DNA of 64,000 nt. It comes from Octopus vulgaris. Taxonomy: Eukaryota. The notes below the pieces were generated by a model. The model was not told the origin of the DNA. It ran no database searches and was given only the letters and a program-made list of their open reading frames with translations. A program made the translations under genes and the position numbers. This document shows, in pieces, positions 13,944-25,400 of the stretch (position 1 is the first letter of the stretch; each line of letters starts with the position of its first letter). The stretch is taken from positions 108,500,001-108,564,000 of the forward strand of contig OX597816.1 of the NCBI GenBank assembly GCA_951406725.2, in the 5' to 3' direction.

Positions 13944-14859
13944 CTAGCATTAAAGACCCGTCGTTGCCGGGTCATAGTGCTAGTGCATGTATATATGTGT
14001 ATATATATGTGTACATATTACATGTACATCTATATATAAACATTTACACATAAAATACAAAATACAAGGTTATATCTTGATATCGCTATTGATAACAATA
14101 CTCAAAATACATAACAGACTGGAATTGTTAGCCCGTCTCTTGTAATTTCGATCAATTGTATCTTGTCCTCCCCTCCCTCTTGTATTGAAGTGTGGCTACA
14201 ATACAGCCTACCTCTACTTCTGGGGTGGGGGGGCATTTAAAATTTTTTTTCTGGGACGTCCTACGTCCCAGATATAAAGGTAAAAATAAAATATTTCCAC
14301 TTTGCAAGTTCGAGTCGAGTACTCCCTTGCGCGCTCCGTTGACTCGAACCTTGCTTCTATTGTGGCGAATTTACCGCCTCTGATTAACCATCTGGACTAT
14401 TCCATTTCTGCACGCTAATTTTATTTTTAATTTATTCCCATTCATGTGAAACCACTTATTCAAGTTCAAGTCATTGATGCAATTTTATACCAATTGCTAT
14501 TTTTACTTTTTTTTAATGTTACGATTATATTATACTTTAGTTTGATTTTAATTATTACTTACTACATATAATTCAATTGTTATTATTTTTATTGTTAAAG
14601 TGAAAGTATCTGACATAAAATAGAGAAATGTTTTTATTTCACTTTTAACACGTAATACTGAAATAGTGGAGAAGATATGATATTGCTATGGGCTCGCTCT
14701 AGGCAAGAAGTTGAACATTTTTTTTGCCCATGAAACTACATGGACCCTAAGTAAGGCATGTGTAAAATTTGAATGAAATTGGTTGGGTAGTTCTCAAGTT
14801 TTAGGGAAACACACAGACAGACAGACAGACACACATTCTCAGTTTTATATATATAAAGA
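13944..14859 (-). mobile_element. Complete non-autonomous Helitron (916 bp)
   Basis: Minus strand begins A|TC at 14859 and ends CTAG|T at 13944; subterminal hairpin gacccg/cgggtc (13955-13973); (GACA)n near the 5' end; no TSD. Confidence 0.8.
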
Positions 14860-14965
14860 TTACTTTTTATTTAAGCTGATTTTTTTTTTCTTTTTTGAAA
14901 ACACTATCATCTTTTAGATTGCTTTATTTTGCCCCCGCTCACCACTTCTGCAGCTTTTTTTTTAA

Positions 14966-15362
14966 CTCTAGGCACAAGGCCTGAAATTTTGGGGGAGTGG
15001 ACCAGTCGATTAGATTGACCCCAGTATGCAACTGGTACTTAATTTATCGACTCCGAGAGGATGAAAGGCAAAGTCAACCTCGCGGGAATTTGAACTCAGA
15101 ACACAAAGACAGACGAAATAGCTATTTCTATTTCTTTACTACCCACAAGGGGCTAAACACAGAGAGGACAAACAAGGACAGACAAACGGATTAAGTCGAT
15201 TATATCAACCCCAGTGCGTAACTGGTACTTATTTAATCGACCCCGAAAGGATGAAAGGCAAAGTCGACTTCGGCGGAATTTGAACTCAGAACGTAGCGGC
15301 AGACGACATACCGCTAAGAATTTCGCCCGGCGTGCTAACGTTTCTGCCAGCTCGCCGCCTTC
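14966..15362 (-). mobile_element. tRNA-derived SINE family A, internally dimeric
   Basis: Head aaggcggcgagctggcagaaacgttagcacgccgggcgaaa, B-box-like gttcaaattcc, two body units. Confidence 0.85.
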
Positions 15363-15719
15363 CACCTCTGAATCTTTGCCATAATAATATGATAGGTTGG
15401 TTGAAACAATTATATACCAAGGTAGCAATTCATCTTTTTTCCAGTGAAATAGTCTTGCGGCAAAATTTCCTATGCGGCGAACTTCCCTAAGGCCAAAAAT
15501 CCTGAGAAGAAATTTCCTGCGACAAACTTTCCGGATACGGGAGATAGAATTCGATATATTTTCGATAAATAGTCTCCCACGCCAAATATGCGACTTGTCG
15601 CTTCGAGTTCGTATGTATGTATGTGTGTGTGTGTGTACGTATGTATGCATGCATGCATGCATGCATGTATGTAAATATGTATGTATGTATGCATGTATGT
15701 ATATGAAGATTTTTTAAGT

Positions 15720-16778
15720 ATGTATTCTCGTGCATATACTTGCATATCTAGACATGCTCATGTATATTTAAATGATAAACTTCTGGAAAGTTTTACAGAT
15801 TTTGACAGTTCCAGTGACGGACTGGATCTGTTGTCTTCGAATTAGCTTTCTCCTTTCTGGTTTTGAGAGGCCTGATTTCTCAAGATTGTTATTTAGGCAG
15901 TGTGTTACATATCCCAGGACGCCGATAAAAACAGGTATAAACCTGAACTTGTAATCTGGAAAGAGTAACTGCAGATTTCTCAATAGGTCAGCATAGGTGT
16001 TCCCTTTTTCACTGATTTTCAGCTTTATGTTAACATCCGCTGGGCAGCTAATTTCGACAACTGTGCACAGTTTTTCTTGTCTATCCCAAATCATTATATC
16101 AGGTCTGTTGTGTTTACATTTTATTGAGGTTTTCACTGGTACATTCCATGCGTATTCCTTTTTATTATGAGTGGCTATGGCTTCTACCATATTGTGGGTT
16201 CTTATTTCTTTGTCCTCGAAATTGTCCTTCCCACGGATTTCATTATAGAGTGTCCTAGCTACAACGTCATGCCTCATCGGTGGATAATATCGTGATCACA
16301 TTTTCGGACAACTGCTTATGATGTGAGGGATATCTTCAGTGTGAACTCTACAAAGTCTGCATCGGTTGTCACACTTTACGACTTTACCTGCATCTCTGTC
16401 ACTTTTGGACATCAGGTACTTGGTTGATATTTCCTGTTCCTGGAATGCCAACGCACGCCCTTCAAAATGGGAGATAGTAATCCGGCTATTGGTCCATGAT
16501 AAAGTGTTTTAGTGATCGATGTTACTATCATCATGGAGCTTTCTAGTAACATATCCATGCATAGTCTTCTGCTCATATAGGCTCATCCTTTCATCTGATG
16601 ATAGGTTGCGGTAGAGTCTGGGCATGTATTCTAGGTTATCAAAGAGTGTTGCTCAAGGAGCTGCCTTCCAAGTCTTATGATGTTATCAACCTCATGTATG
16701 CAAACTTGGTCAAGAGATGCACTTCGACACTTGGTGGTTAAAAGATGTTGCCAAAGGGATATGATACGACATTTAAAG
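15720..16778 (-). mobile_element. 5'-truncated R4/Dong-like non-LTR retrotransposon (CCHC knuckle + restriction-like endonuclease), disrupted
   Basis: ORF 15768..16277 has RHD...NRPDIMIWD...VVEISCP...IPVFIGVLG; upstream CRLC...EDIPHIISSC motif with an in-frame stop; TATG-rich microsatellite at both ends. Confidence 0.85.
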
Positions 16779-16950
16779 GTATGTATGTTTGTGTTTATGT
16801 ATGCATGAGTATATGTGTCTATGTATGTACGTATGAGTATATGTGCCTATGTATGTCTATGTATGCATGTATGTATACATGTATGTGTCTATGTATGCAT
16901 GCATGTATGTATGTATGAGTATGTGTCTATGTATATATATATGTATGTGT

Positions 16951-17275
16951 GAAGGCGCATGGCTTAGGGGTTCGGGTATTCGGCTCACGATCGTATGGTT
17001 GTCAGTTCGATTCCTGGCGGTGTGTTGTGCTTTTGTGCAAGACACTTTTATTTCAAATTGCTCCTGTCCACTCAGCTGGCAAAAATGAGTTGCACCTGTA
17101 AGTCAAAGGGCCAATCTTGTCGCAGTTTGTGTCACGCTGAATCTCCCTGAGGACTACATTAAGGGTACACGTGTCAGTGGACTGCTCGACCACTTGCACC
17201 TTAATTTCACGAGCAAGCTGTTCCGTTGATCGGATCAACTGAAACCCTCATCGTCGTAACCGACGGAGTACCAGT
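16951..17275 (+). mobile_element. tRNA-derived SINE family E (head like C/D, distinct tail)
   Basis: gttcgattcctgg B-box; cactcagctggcaaaaatgagt shared with C; tail remnants recur at about 25340, 25960, 27370 and 53170. Confidence 0.75.
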
Positions 17276-18554
17276 TTTATGTATGTATGTATGTATGTAT
17301 GTATGTATGTATGTACGTACGTACGTGTGTGTGTATGTGTTTGTATTTATGTACGTACACACTCACGCATGAATGTGTATATGCATTTGTTTTCTTTAGG
17401 ATTTATTTAAATCTGTTTTTGTTGTTTTGCGTTTTTTTGTTTGTTTGTTTGTTGTTGTTGTTTTGTTTTGTTTTTTTATTTCTATGTGTTTTTTATTATT
17501 TGGAAAATTCAAGCTGGCCACCAGCCAGTGGGTAAGGCTTTCTTTGTTTCAGTTAAGACAGGTATTGGAGGCTTGTGATCGTCTGAATTGAATGATGCCT
17601 ATCTATAATCTTGTTTGTGTTCATGGATAACTTGTAATTTTGTGGTGGATATACGTTTCACTTTAGTATGCATGTGTCTATTCTTCACAAAGTCTTACAC
17701 TTTAGTACACACGTGTTTGAGCTTCACTCTAATATGTGTGTTCATGCATTTCATATGTATATGTCGATGTGTGCATATGTCCGACCCAGGAAAATACACT
17801 TGGTTGAGGGCGGCTGCAGTATTTTACATCATAAAATACATATATGTATAAGAAGCGATGGCTCAATGGTTAGAGGGTCGGGTTCACAATAATGAGGTAG
17901 TAAGTTCGATTCTTGGACCGGGCTGTGTGTTGTGTTCTTGAGCAAGTTCACTCAGCTGTAAAAATGAGTTCCGACGTCACTGTGTCGGCCTTTGCCTTTC
18001 CCTTGGATGATGTCAGTGCGGGGAAGAGGCGAGGCTGGTATGCATGGGCGACTGCTGGTCTTCCATAAACAACCTTGCCCAGACTTGTGCCTCGGAAGAG
18101 AACTTTCTAGGTGCCTCTCATAGTCATTCAAGACTCTGAGCCATTTGTGTATATTTTCCCATGTAGGCTTTTAAGTTGTTTTTCTTTAGTTGCTTTTTTA
18201 AAATTTATATGATTTTCAATGTTCACTGAGACCGACATATGTCGGACCAATAGACTGAAGTTAAGATTTATTTTTACCATTAATTTTTTTTTAAAAAAAA
18301 AAAAGCACGTCAAATCGAAAAAGACGAAACTCGAAATGACGTAAGTTGAGGTATGTCTGTATATTTTTCTACGTAGATTACAAGATAGATATCAACATAG
18401 ACACTTCTGATATATTTAATTCACACTTTAACTTACTGAGCTGATAACACTGATTAGCATTTATGCACCCTCATGCGGTGCGAAAGCGTATGAGACTGAT
18501 TATTGCCAAATGGAGATTATTGCATCAGTTCTGTTTCTAATATTTTACATTTGT

Positions 18555-19279
18555 AAGGCGGCGAGCTGGCAGAAACGTTCGTCCGCCGTTACGTTCTGAG
18601 TTCAAATTCCGCCGAGGTCGACTTTACCTATCATCCGTTCGAGGTCGATTAAATAAGTACCAGTTACGTACTGAGGTCGATATAATTGACTTAATCAGTT
18701 TGTCTGTCCTTGTTTTTCCTCTCTGTGTTTAGCCCCTTGTAGGTAGTAAAGAAATAGGTATTTCGTCTGTCTTTATGTTCTGGATTCAAATTCCGCCAAG
18801 GTCGACTTTGCCTTTCATCCGTTCGGGGTCCATTAATAAGTACCAGTTACGCACTGGAGTCGATTATAATCAACTTAATCCGTGTGTCTGTCCTCTCTGT
18901 GTTTAGCCCCTTGTGGATAGTAAAGAAATAGGTATTTCGTCTGCCACTACGTTCTGAGTTCAAATTCCGCCGAGGTCGACTTTGCCTTTCATCCTTTCGG
19001 GGTCGATTAAACAAGTACCAGTTACGCACTGAGGTCAATATAATTGACTTAATCCGTTTCTCTGTCCTTCTTTGTCCCTTCTGTGTCTAGCCCCTCGTGG
19101 GTAGTAAAGAAATAGGTATTTCGTCTGCCGTTACGTTCTGAATTCAAATTCCGCCGAGGTCGACTTTGCCTTTCATCCTTTCGGAGTCGATAAATTAAGT
19201 ACCAGTTGGGTACTGTGGTTGATCTAATCGACTGGACCTCTACCCAAAAATTTCGGGCCTTGTGCCTAGAAAAGAAAAG
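18555..19279 (+). mobile_element. SINE family A, one head plus four tandem body units, with 16-bp TSD
   Basis: Units restart at about 18579, 18757, 18931 and 19115; TSD aatattttacatttgt at 18539-18554 and 19280-19295. Confidence 0.85.
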
Positions 19280-19297
19280 AATATTTTACATTTGTCT

Positions 19298-19495
19298 AAG
19301 GCGGCGAACTAGCAGAATTGTTAGCATGCTGGGAAAATGCTTAGCGGCATTTCGGCGGTGAAATATTAACGGGGTCGATTTCCGCTTTCATCCTTTCAGA
19401 GTCGATAAAATAAGTAGCAGCTGAGTACTGGGGTCGATGTAATCAACTGCCCCACTCCCCCGAAATTGCTGACTTCGTGCCAAAAGTTTGAAAGC
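19298..19495 (+). mobile_element. SINE family A monomer, more diverged
   Basis: aaggcggcgaactagcagaa head, ctttcatcctttcagagtcgataaaataagt core; followed by aatattttacatt (19496-19508). Confidence 0.8.
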
Positions 19496-22269
19496 AATAT
19501 TTTACATTCATATACAACACGTAATATTTTTCTGAATAACATTCTAAGAAAAAATTAGAATTGTCTTTCATAGTCGCATGAAACGTCAGACCTCTCCTAT
19601 TTCTCTCGGAGAAGTGATTCTACATTGTAAATTATTTTTATTGCCTGTACGGCGTTGCAAATTATCGTTTGGTGTATAAAAATAAAAATTTGAGAACTGC
19701 CAGGAAAGATAACTCTGCAACACGTCAAGGGAGACTACTCTCGCTGTGTTGCAGAGTTATCTTTCCTGGCAGTTCTCGAATTTTGGGCGTTTTACTTTTT
19801 ATATGGCATTTGTTCAATTCTAATCAAGTCCCTTCGATTTAAATTTATACTTTTTTTTTCACTGGTTTGACTCAACGAACTACAGTAGTATTGGCCTAGA
19901 GTTTTAGTCGACTATCTTCACCTCATTACTTTATCAGCCATGCCTCATCGAAACTCATACATGTAGTTATTGCGCCATAGTGTACTACCTTACAGAACAT
20001 TTTGGGCAAGTCTTCCGCCTGTCCGCCCCCCCCCCCCCCCAAAAAAACCCCACCCTTTTTATTTATTTATTTTCTTTCGACACAAACCCTACTTTTCGGC
20101 TACGGGGAATACGAATCTGCATATAAAATTGGCAAAAACTCGGCATTCTTAAATTTTCCGGAACCTCCGTATCCGAAAATGGGGGGTTTTGGCCAAAAAA
20201 AAAATTTTTAATAAACAAATTTGGGATAAAATTGGCGGAGACGGATGTAAGTCTTTCCACATAAGTATGACTCATACGTAGTCGAACTTTTGGCTATTTC
20301 TCATATATATATATATATAGCAATAATAAATCTAAAACATAATATGACATGTTGTATACTTAAAAACAAATTACAATCAAATTATATCATGATTGCAAGA
20401 AGAGAATTATTGTAAAGAAAATTGGCTATTTTTTGGAGGATGTACGTCGCGAACCTGGAATATATGCCTCTGATACACGAACATGCATGCGCGCACATAT
20501 GTGTATGTATATAATTCCAAAATTTGAACAGTAACAAAACAAAGGAACAAACGGAAAATTCACACACAGGACAGGGTGTTACTAATTCCTCATCAATCAT
20601 CGTCCAAAAGATCCTTACAATTTCACGCCTTTAATGATATATGTATGTCCATTCATTATGAATGACAAGCAGTATTAGTTCAAAATAGCTGTTTATCATA
20701 TTTAAAGCACATACATCATTTGGAACCTAATAAGCTCTGGTATTCGTCTCGAGATAGCATGTTATAAACGTATGGTGTTAAAATACACAGAGATATGTTT
20801 ATAAGATATGCTTTCTTAAGATGCGAAACACAGATTGCAATTTTGAATACTTCTGTTGCTCATAACGAACTTTTATCCATCTTGCAGTTGCTAGTTGAAT
20901 ACTTGCTGCTGACGAAGCTCAACGAAGCAGAAATACATATATCGATGCTTCCAATACATATAGCAATGCCACCACCAAAGGAGAAAAGGCAAAGTCGTCG
21001 ATCTTAGTGATTTGAACTCAGAAAAAATTTCGCTAAGCATTTTGTCCAATCCTCAAACGAGTCTACCAGCTCACTGCCTTGACGATGATAATGATGATGA
21101 TGATGATAATGACGATGACAATGATGACGTCTTTTTTTTATAATAATTATGACATTTATAATAAATCTGGACAATTTTTGACTGACTCCGATTAAATGCA
21201 GGTTTGGAAATCTCATAGGATTAGAACTCAGAAAACATTCTTAAAATTAAAATGAAATAATAAAATGGTACAATAAATTTGTTGGCCAATTTTTTTTTTT
21301 TGTTTTTGGTTTTTTTTTCTCTGTTATTATAATAGAATTTATTCAGTCAGAGCTAGGATTGACTCTTTGACTGCATAATGGTCAATCACACATACAACTG
21401 ATATTTTCTGCTTCTACAAATACTCTTTCAGCATCTCCTGTAGGTACGGTTTTCATATTCACCACTAAAAGTATTTGATTCTTGCTCTGTGAACAAATAT
21501 TTCATGAAATATGCGAGAAAAATCACGAAAATCTGAAAAACTGTCTTTTGTAAAAAGTGGTACATGGGAGGCTGTAGTGTCTTCACTCCTCGTAGCATAA
21601 AAGGATGTCTTTCCAATGATACGAGGTAAAATCGCTTTCTGCGGTTAACGGTAATAAAATTTTGAGCGGATATATACGCTTTCCACTTTCAAAGCGTTAA
21701 CTAAAATATTTTTGCTGTGGTTATCAGTCAATTACATGCATTGTCACAATTGTATCAAAGTTTCCCATTTTGCTTGTTCATTTAGGTTATTGGTGCAGCT
21801 GTATCATAGCAAAGAACCATAGTTGCAAAATTATAATTATAATTGTTTGTCATTCAAGGAGTTTTGCAATAATTTCATGATATATATATATATATGCATG
21901 TGCACGTTACACATATATACTCATGCACATAATGGATGTTTGTTGCTTTTCTTTTCTAAGCTCGAATGCAAATGAATTTGTTTTAATTTTTGCTCACTCA
22001 CACGCACACACACATTAGATGGAAATATAAAACTCTGAGTAGGTACAAATGAACTTTACTATGTGTATTGAGTAGTTCCTTTTTCTTATCTCCCCGAAAC
22101 TTTTTTTGTGCTTTCATCCAAAATGGAGACGAACACCATTCCTCCAAGTGATCGGTTTGAAAAATTGTTAAGATATATCAAGATACTTCTCTTAATATGA
22201 AACCAATGGTAGCCTTAATATATACAAATAAAGAAATTCTATATCCACCAAAGTGGTGTTGAACACATT

Positions 22270-22378
22270 CTCGTCATTCGATACTTACGTATGTGTGTGT
22301 GTGTATATACATATATATATATATACACACACATATATATACACACACACACATATATATACACACACACACACACAC

Positions 22379-22435
<57 letters not shown>

Positions 22436-22470
22436 TATATATATGTATATATATATATGTATATATATAT
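22270..22470. repeat. Compound (TA)n/(CA)n microsatellite
   Basis: Direct inspection. Confidence 0.95.
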
Positions 22471-25400
22471 AGACACAATGTTATACAGAAAGGGAGACAG
22501 ATAGATAGATATGTAAACCAGTTCAAAAACTCTCCATCATGACAGCTGATGACTTGAATTGTCACATTGCAGTTACGTATATCATTTTGTGTATTTTGGC
22601 TTGTGATTTGCTCAGGCATGTATCTTTCACTATCAGACAGACTGTGCTAAATGCAGCCCATGTGGTTTTCCGAATGGCATGGCATGTCTAACGAAGTTGG
22701 ATTTTTTTTTTTTTTTTTTAACTAACACAGCCTTCCAAAATATGAATTGTGTCTCATGCAGCCCACTTCTTGAAAAAGGTTGCCCTCACATGATGTAGAT
22801 TGACTGCATCAGTAACCGAAATCAGCATCGATCTGTCTGGCTTTTGTATTTGCAGCTTCTTTTCGTGTCTGCAACGTGGTAAACTAAGGACCAATTCCGG
22901 CTGCATTACTGAGAAGAAACAAGTGGAATAGACTCAGTACAAATGTACTCCACTTGGCACAAATTCCGTGTGCAGGTTATTTGATAATTCTTTTTCTTTC
23001 ATTTATTTCTTTTAATTTTTCATCATCATCCTCATTATCATTATTCAACGTCCATGTTTTATGCTGGCATGGGTTGAACGGTTTGATAGGATCTGATGTG
23101 TCCAAGGACTGCATGGTGCTCCAATGTCTGCTCTGTCATGCTTTCTATGGTTGGATGCCTTCCCTAACGCCAACCACTTTACAGCAAGTACTAGGTATAA
23201 CTTTCCTGCCACCTGCACTATTAAGATCACCATGCAGTTTGCAAAACTACAAACCCCAAAGGAGGCAGGGTTGGCTTTGTACTAGGGGATGAGGGGTTAA
23301 AGTATAAAAGAAGGGAGCAGAGCAGAGCGGGTTCTTGTAGAAAAGCTGTATGGTTATTCACATTTCGCAGGGGAATGAGAGACTCATCAGTAGGAGCTGT
23401 GAAGAGATAGATGCTTGAGTTGAGGTGTCCAAGTGGTTACCTATATAATGTTCTTGAAGAGAAAATCCATTATTACAGACAGATAAATATTCTCATTTTC
23501 TCTTTTTTATATTTGTTGCTATTATTTGCCCTATGTTACAGTTTTATTGACTCTTAGAATATTCAAACTACTGTTGCTGTCATTGAGATTGATGATATTT
23601 TCATTACTCAGCCCTATAATTAGATTGACTTATGATGATAGACATTCCAGTTATAACCATCCAGGAATTTTTTTCCCCCTCCAAATAACAGTATATCATC
23701 AAATATACGCTTTTACTTTTCTCAGATAGGGAGGTATATTTTGAGTATAAGTCTCCTACTATTTCTGGCAGGTCATGCAAATATTTTTTTTTAGCTGGTA
23801 GTACGGTAATAAAAGTAGTTAGTTTCTTGCCGATGGGCATGTTTCTTTTTTCAATATTTTTATAGCTGTTTAACAATTGTAACAGTAACTGTTGTTGCTG
23901 TTTAGCAAAAGAAAAAAAAAACCTTTTGATACCAATCAGCATGACCACCTGTTTTAATTGTTCATATATAAATTTAAAACCTTCCATCGTAAATTTTATG
24001 TATGAACTGTTCATTAAGTTACGTTCCAAACACCAACTTTGTAATGAAAAACTTAGATTTTACTAAATTTCTCCAGTTTTTTTTTTTTCTTTTTTTTTTA
24101 TTACATTTTTTCTAAATTATTTGGAAATCACAGGCAGTGTTATTTCATTAGAAAGATGGTAACAAAAGGGTTAAAAAGATTTCTCTTTCAGCATACAATG
24201 ATTGTCATTCAGCTCAGAATTTTAGTCCCCACCAACTATTATGGTAAACAGTCTGTAAATGCAAGATTTACACATTAATACTTTAAATAAATATAAATAT
24301 TACGATACCTCTTTTCTCACATAATTCAACGATGTTGAATATCTCACTTAAGCACAAAGTCCTTCAGAAAAGATCAGATATTATGGTTCCATCTCTAGTA
24401 TATTACTGATACTTAGTTCATATATTCCAATTCATTCTAGAAGTAATGGTAGAATTGACAAAATTACTCATATTGAGTAAAGATTTGCAGAATCTGTTCA
24501 TACATCAGAAAAATATAATTCTTTGCCTCATTTTCTGTGTTAATTCAATACACGATCTATCTCATTGTACACTCATCCATGTACAAGTCATGACACTGGA
24601 TGTGAATTGAAACCCTATTACCAACGGCGACACCAACAATAGCCAAAGACACAGCACCAGAGTGTAAACAGGAGGAAGAAATATATACAAAAAATAGGAC
24701 GAAAATAAAAGATAATTAAAATAATAGGCTTATCTTCCATGAAGGTACATTCAATCAGTAGCATATATCTACATGTGAGTTCAATTGTCAGTGACAAGTA
24801 GTTTATAGCACAGCATTCTTGAACAAGGCACATTACTCTTTGTTCTACAATTGCTCTCAACAAAAATTAATGAGATATTCTCACTTCAGAGGTGAGTGGT
24901 TGGTATGATAGCAGCCAGTCACTAATATATATTGGTTTCAAATTTTGGCACAAGGCCAGCAATTTCGGGGGGAAACTAACCCTGTGCTCGACTGATATCT
25001 ATTTAATCAACCCTGAACGGTTAAAAAGCAAAGTCAATTCCAGCAGCATTTGAACACAGAATGTAAAGACAGACGAAATGCTGTTGAGCATTTTATCCAG
25101 CATGTTAACGATTCTGCCAGCTTGCTGCCTTAGTCACTAATATATATTGGTGTGTATGTAAGCATGTAGGCACAGTGCAGTCAGATTGTTAAGTTCGTTT
25201 CACAAACACAAGGTCCCAGGTTTGATCCCACTGTATGTCATCTTTAGTAAATATCATTTTCTATGGTGTTGAGTCAACTCATACAAATGAGTAAAACTGA
25301 GAAGATGGAAACTATACAGTAGTCTATCAGGAGGATTCAACTTGTAATTCAGAAAGGTAAAGCCTTGTCACACTGCTTCTGCTTGAAATTTACATTAAGG

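Larger units (their letters stand above)
13700..15540. mobile_element. Foldback/MITE-like DNA element with inverted arrays of 15-17-bp repeats, hosting the Helitron and a SINE
   Basis: ggaaattcgccgta-type repeats at 13705-13830 mirrored by tgcggcaaaatttcc-type repeats at 15455-15540. Confidence 0.55.

Noticed and set aside
18555-19279. CRISPR-like or satellite array
   Set aside because: Units are whole SINE bodies without unique spacers; eukaryotic context with no cas genes
20909-20935. CTGACGA-A-GCT...AGC-A-GAAA hammerhead-like string
   Set aside because: No helix I or valid helix III/NUH; likely chance or too decayed
22855-22975. Apparent plus-strand exon (ttgcag ... gcag|gt)
   Set aside because: All three frames contain stops; adjacent to a hAT-like terminus remnant at about 22760-22795
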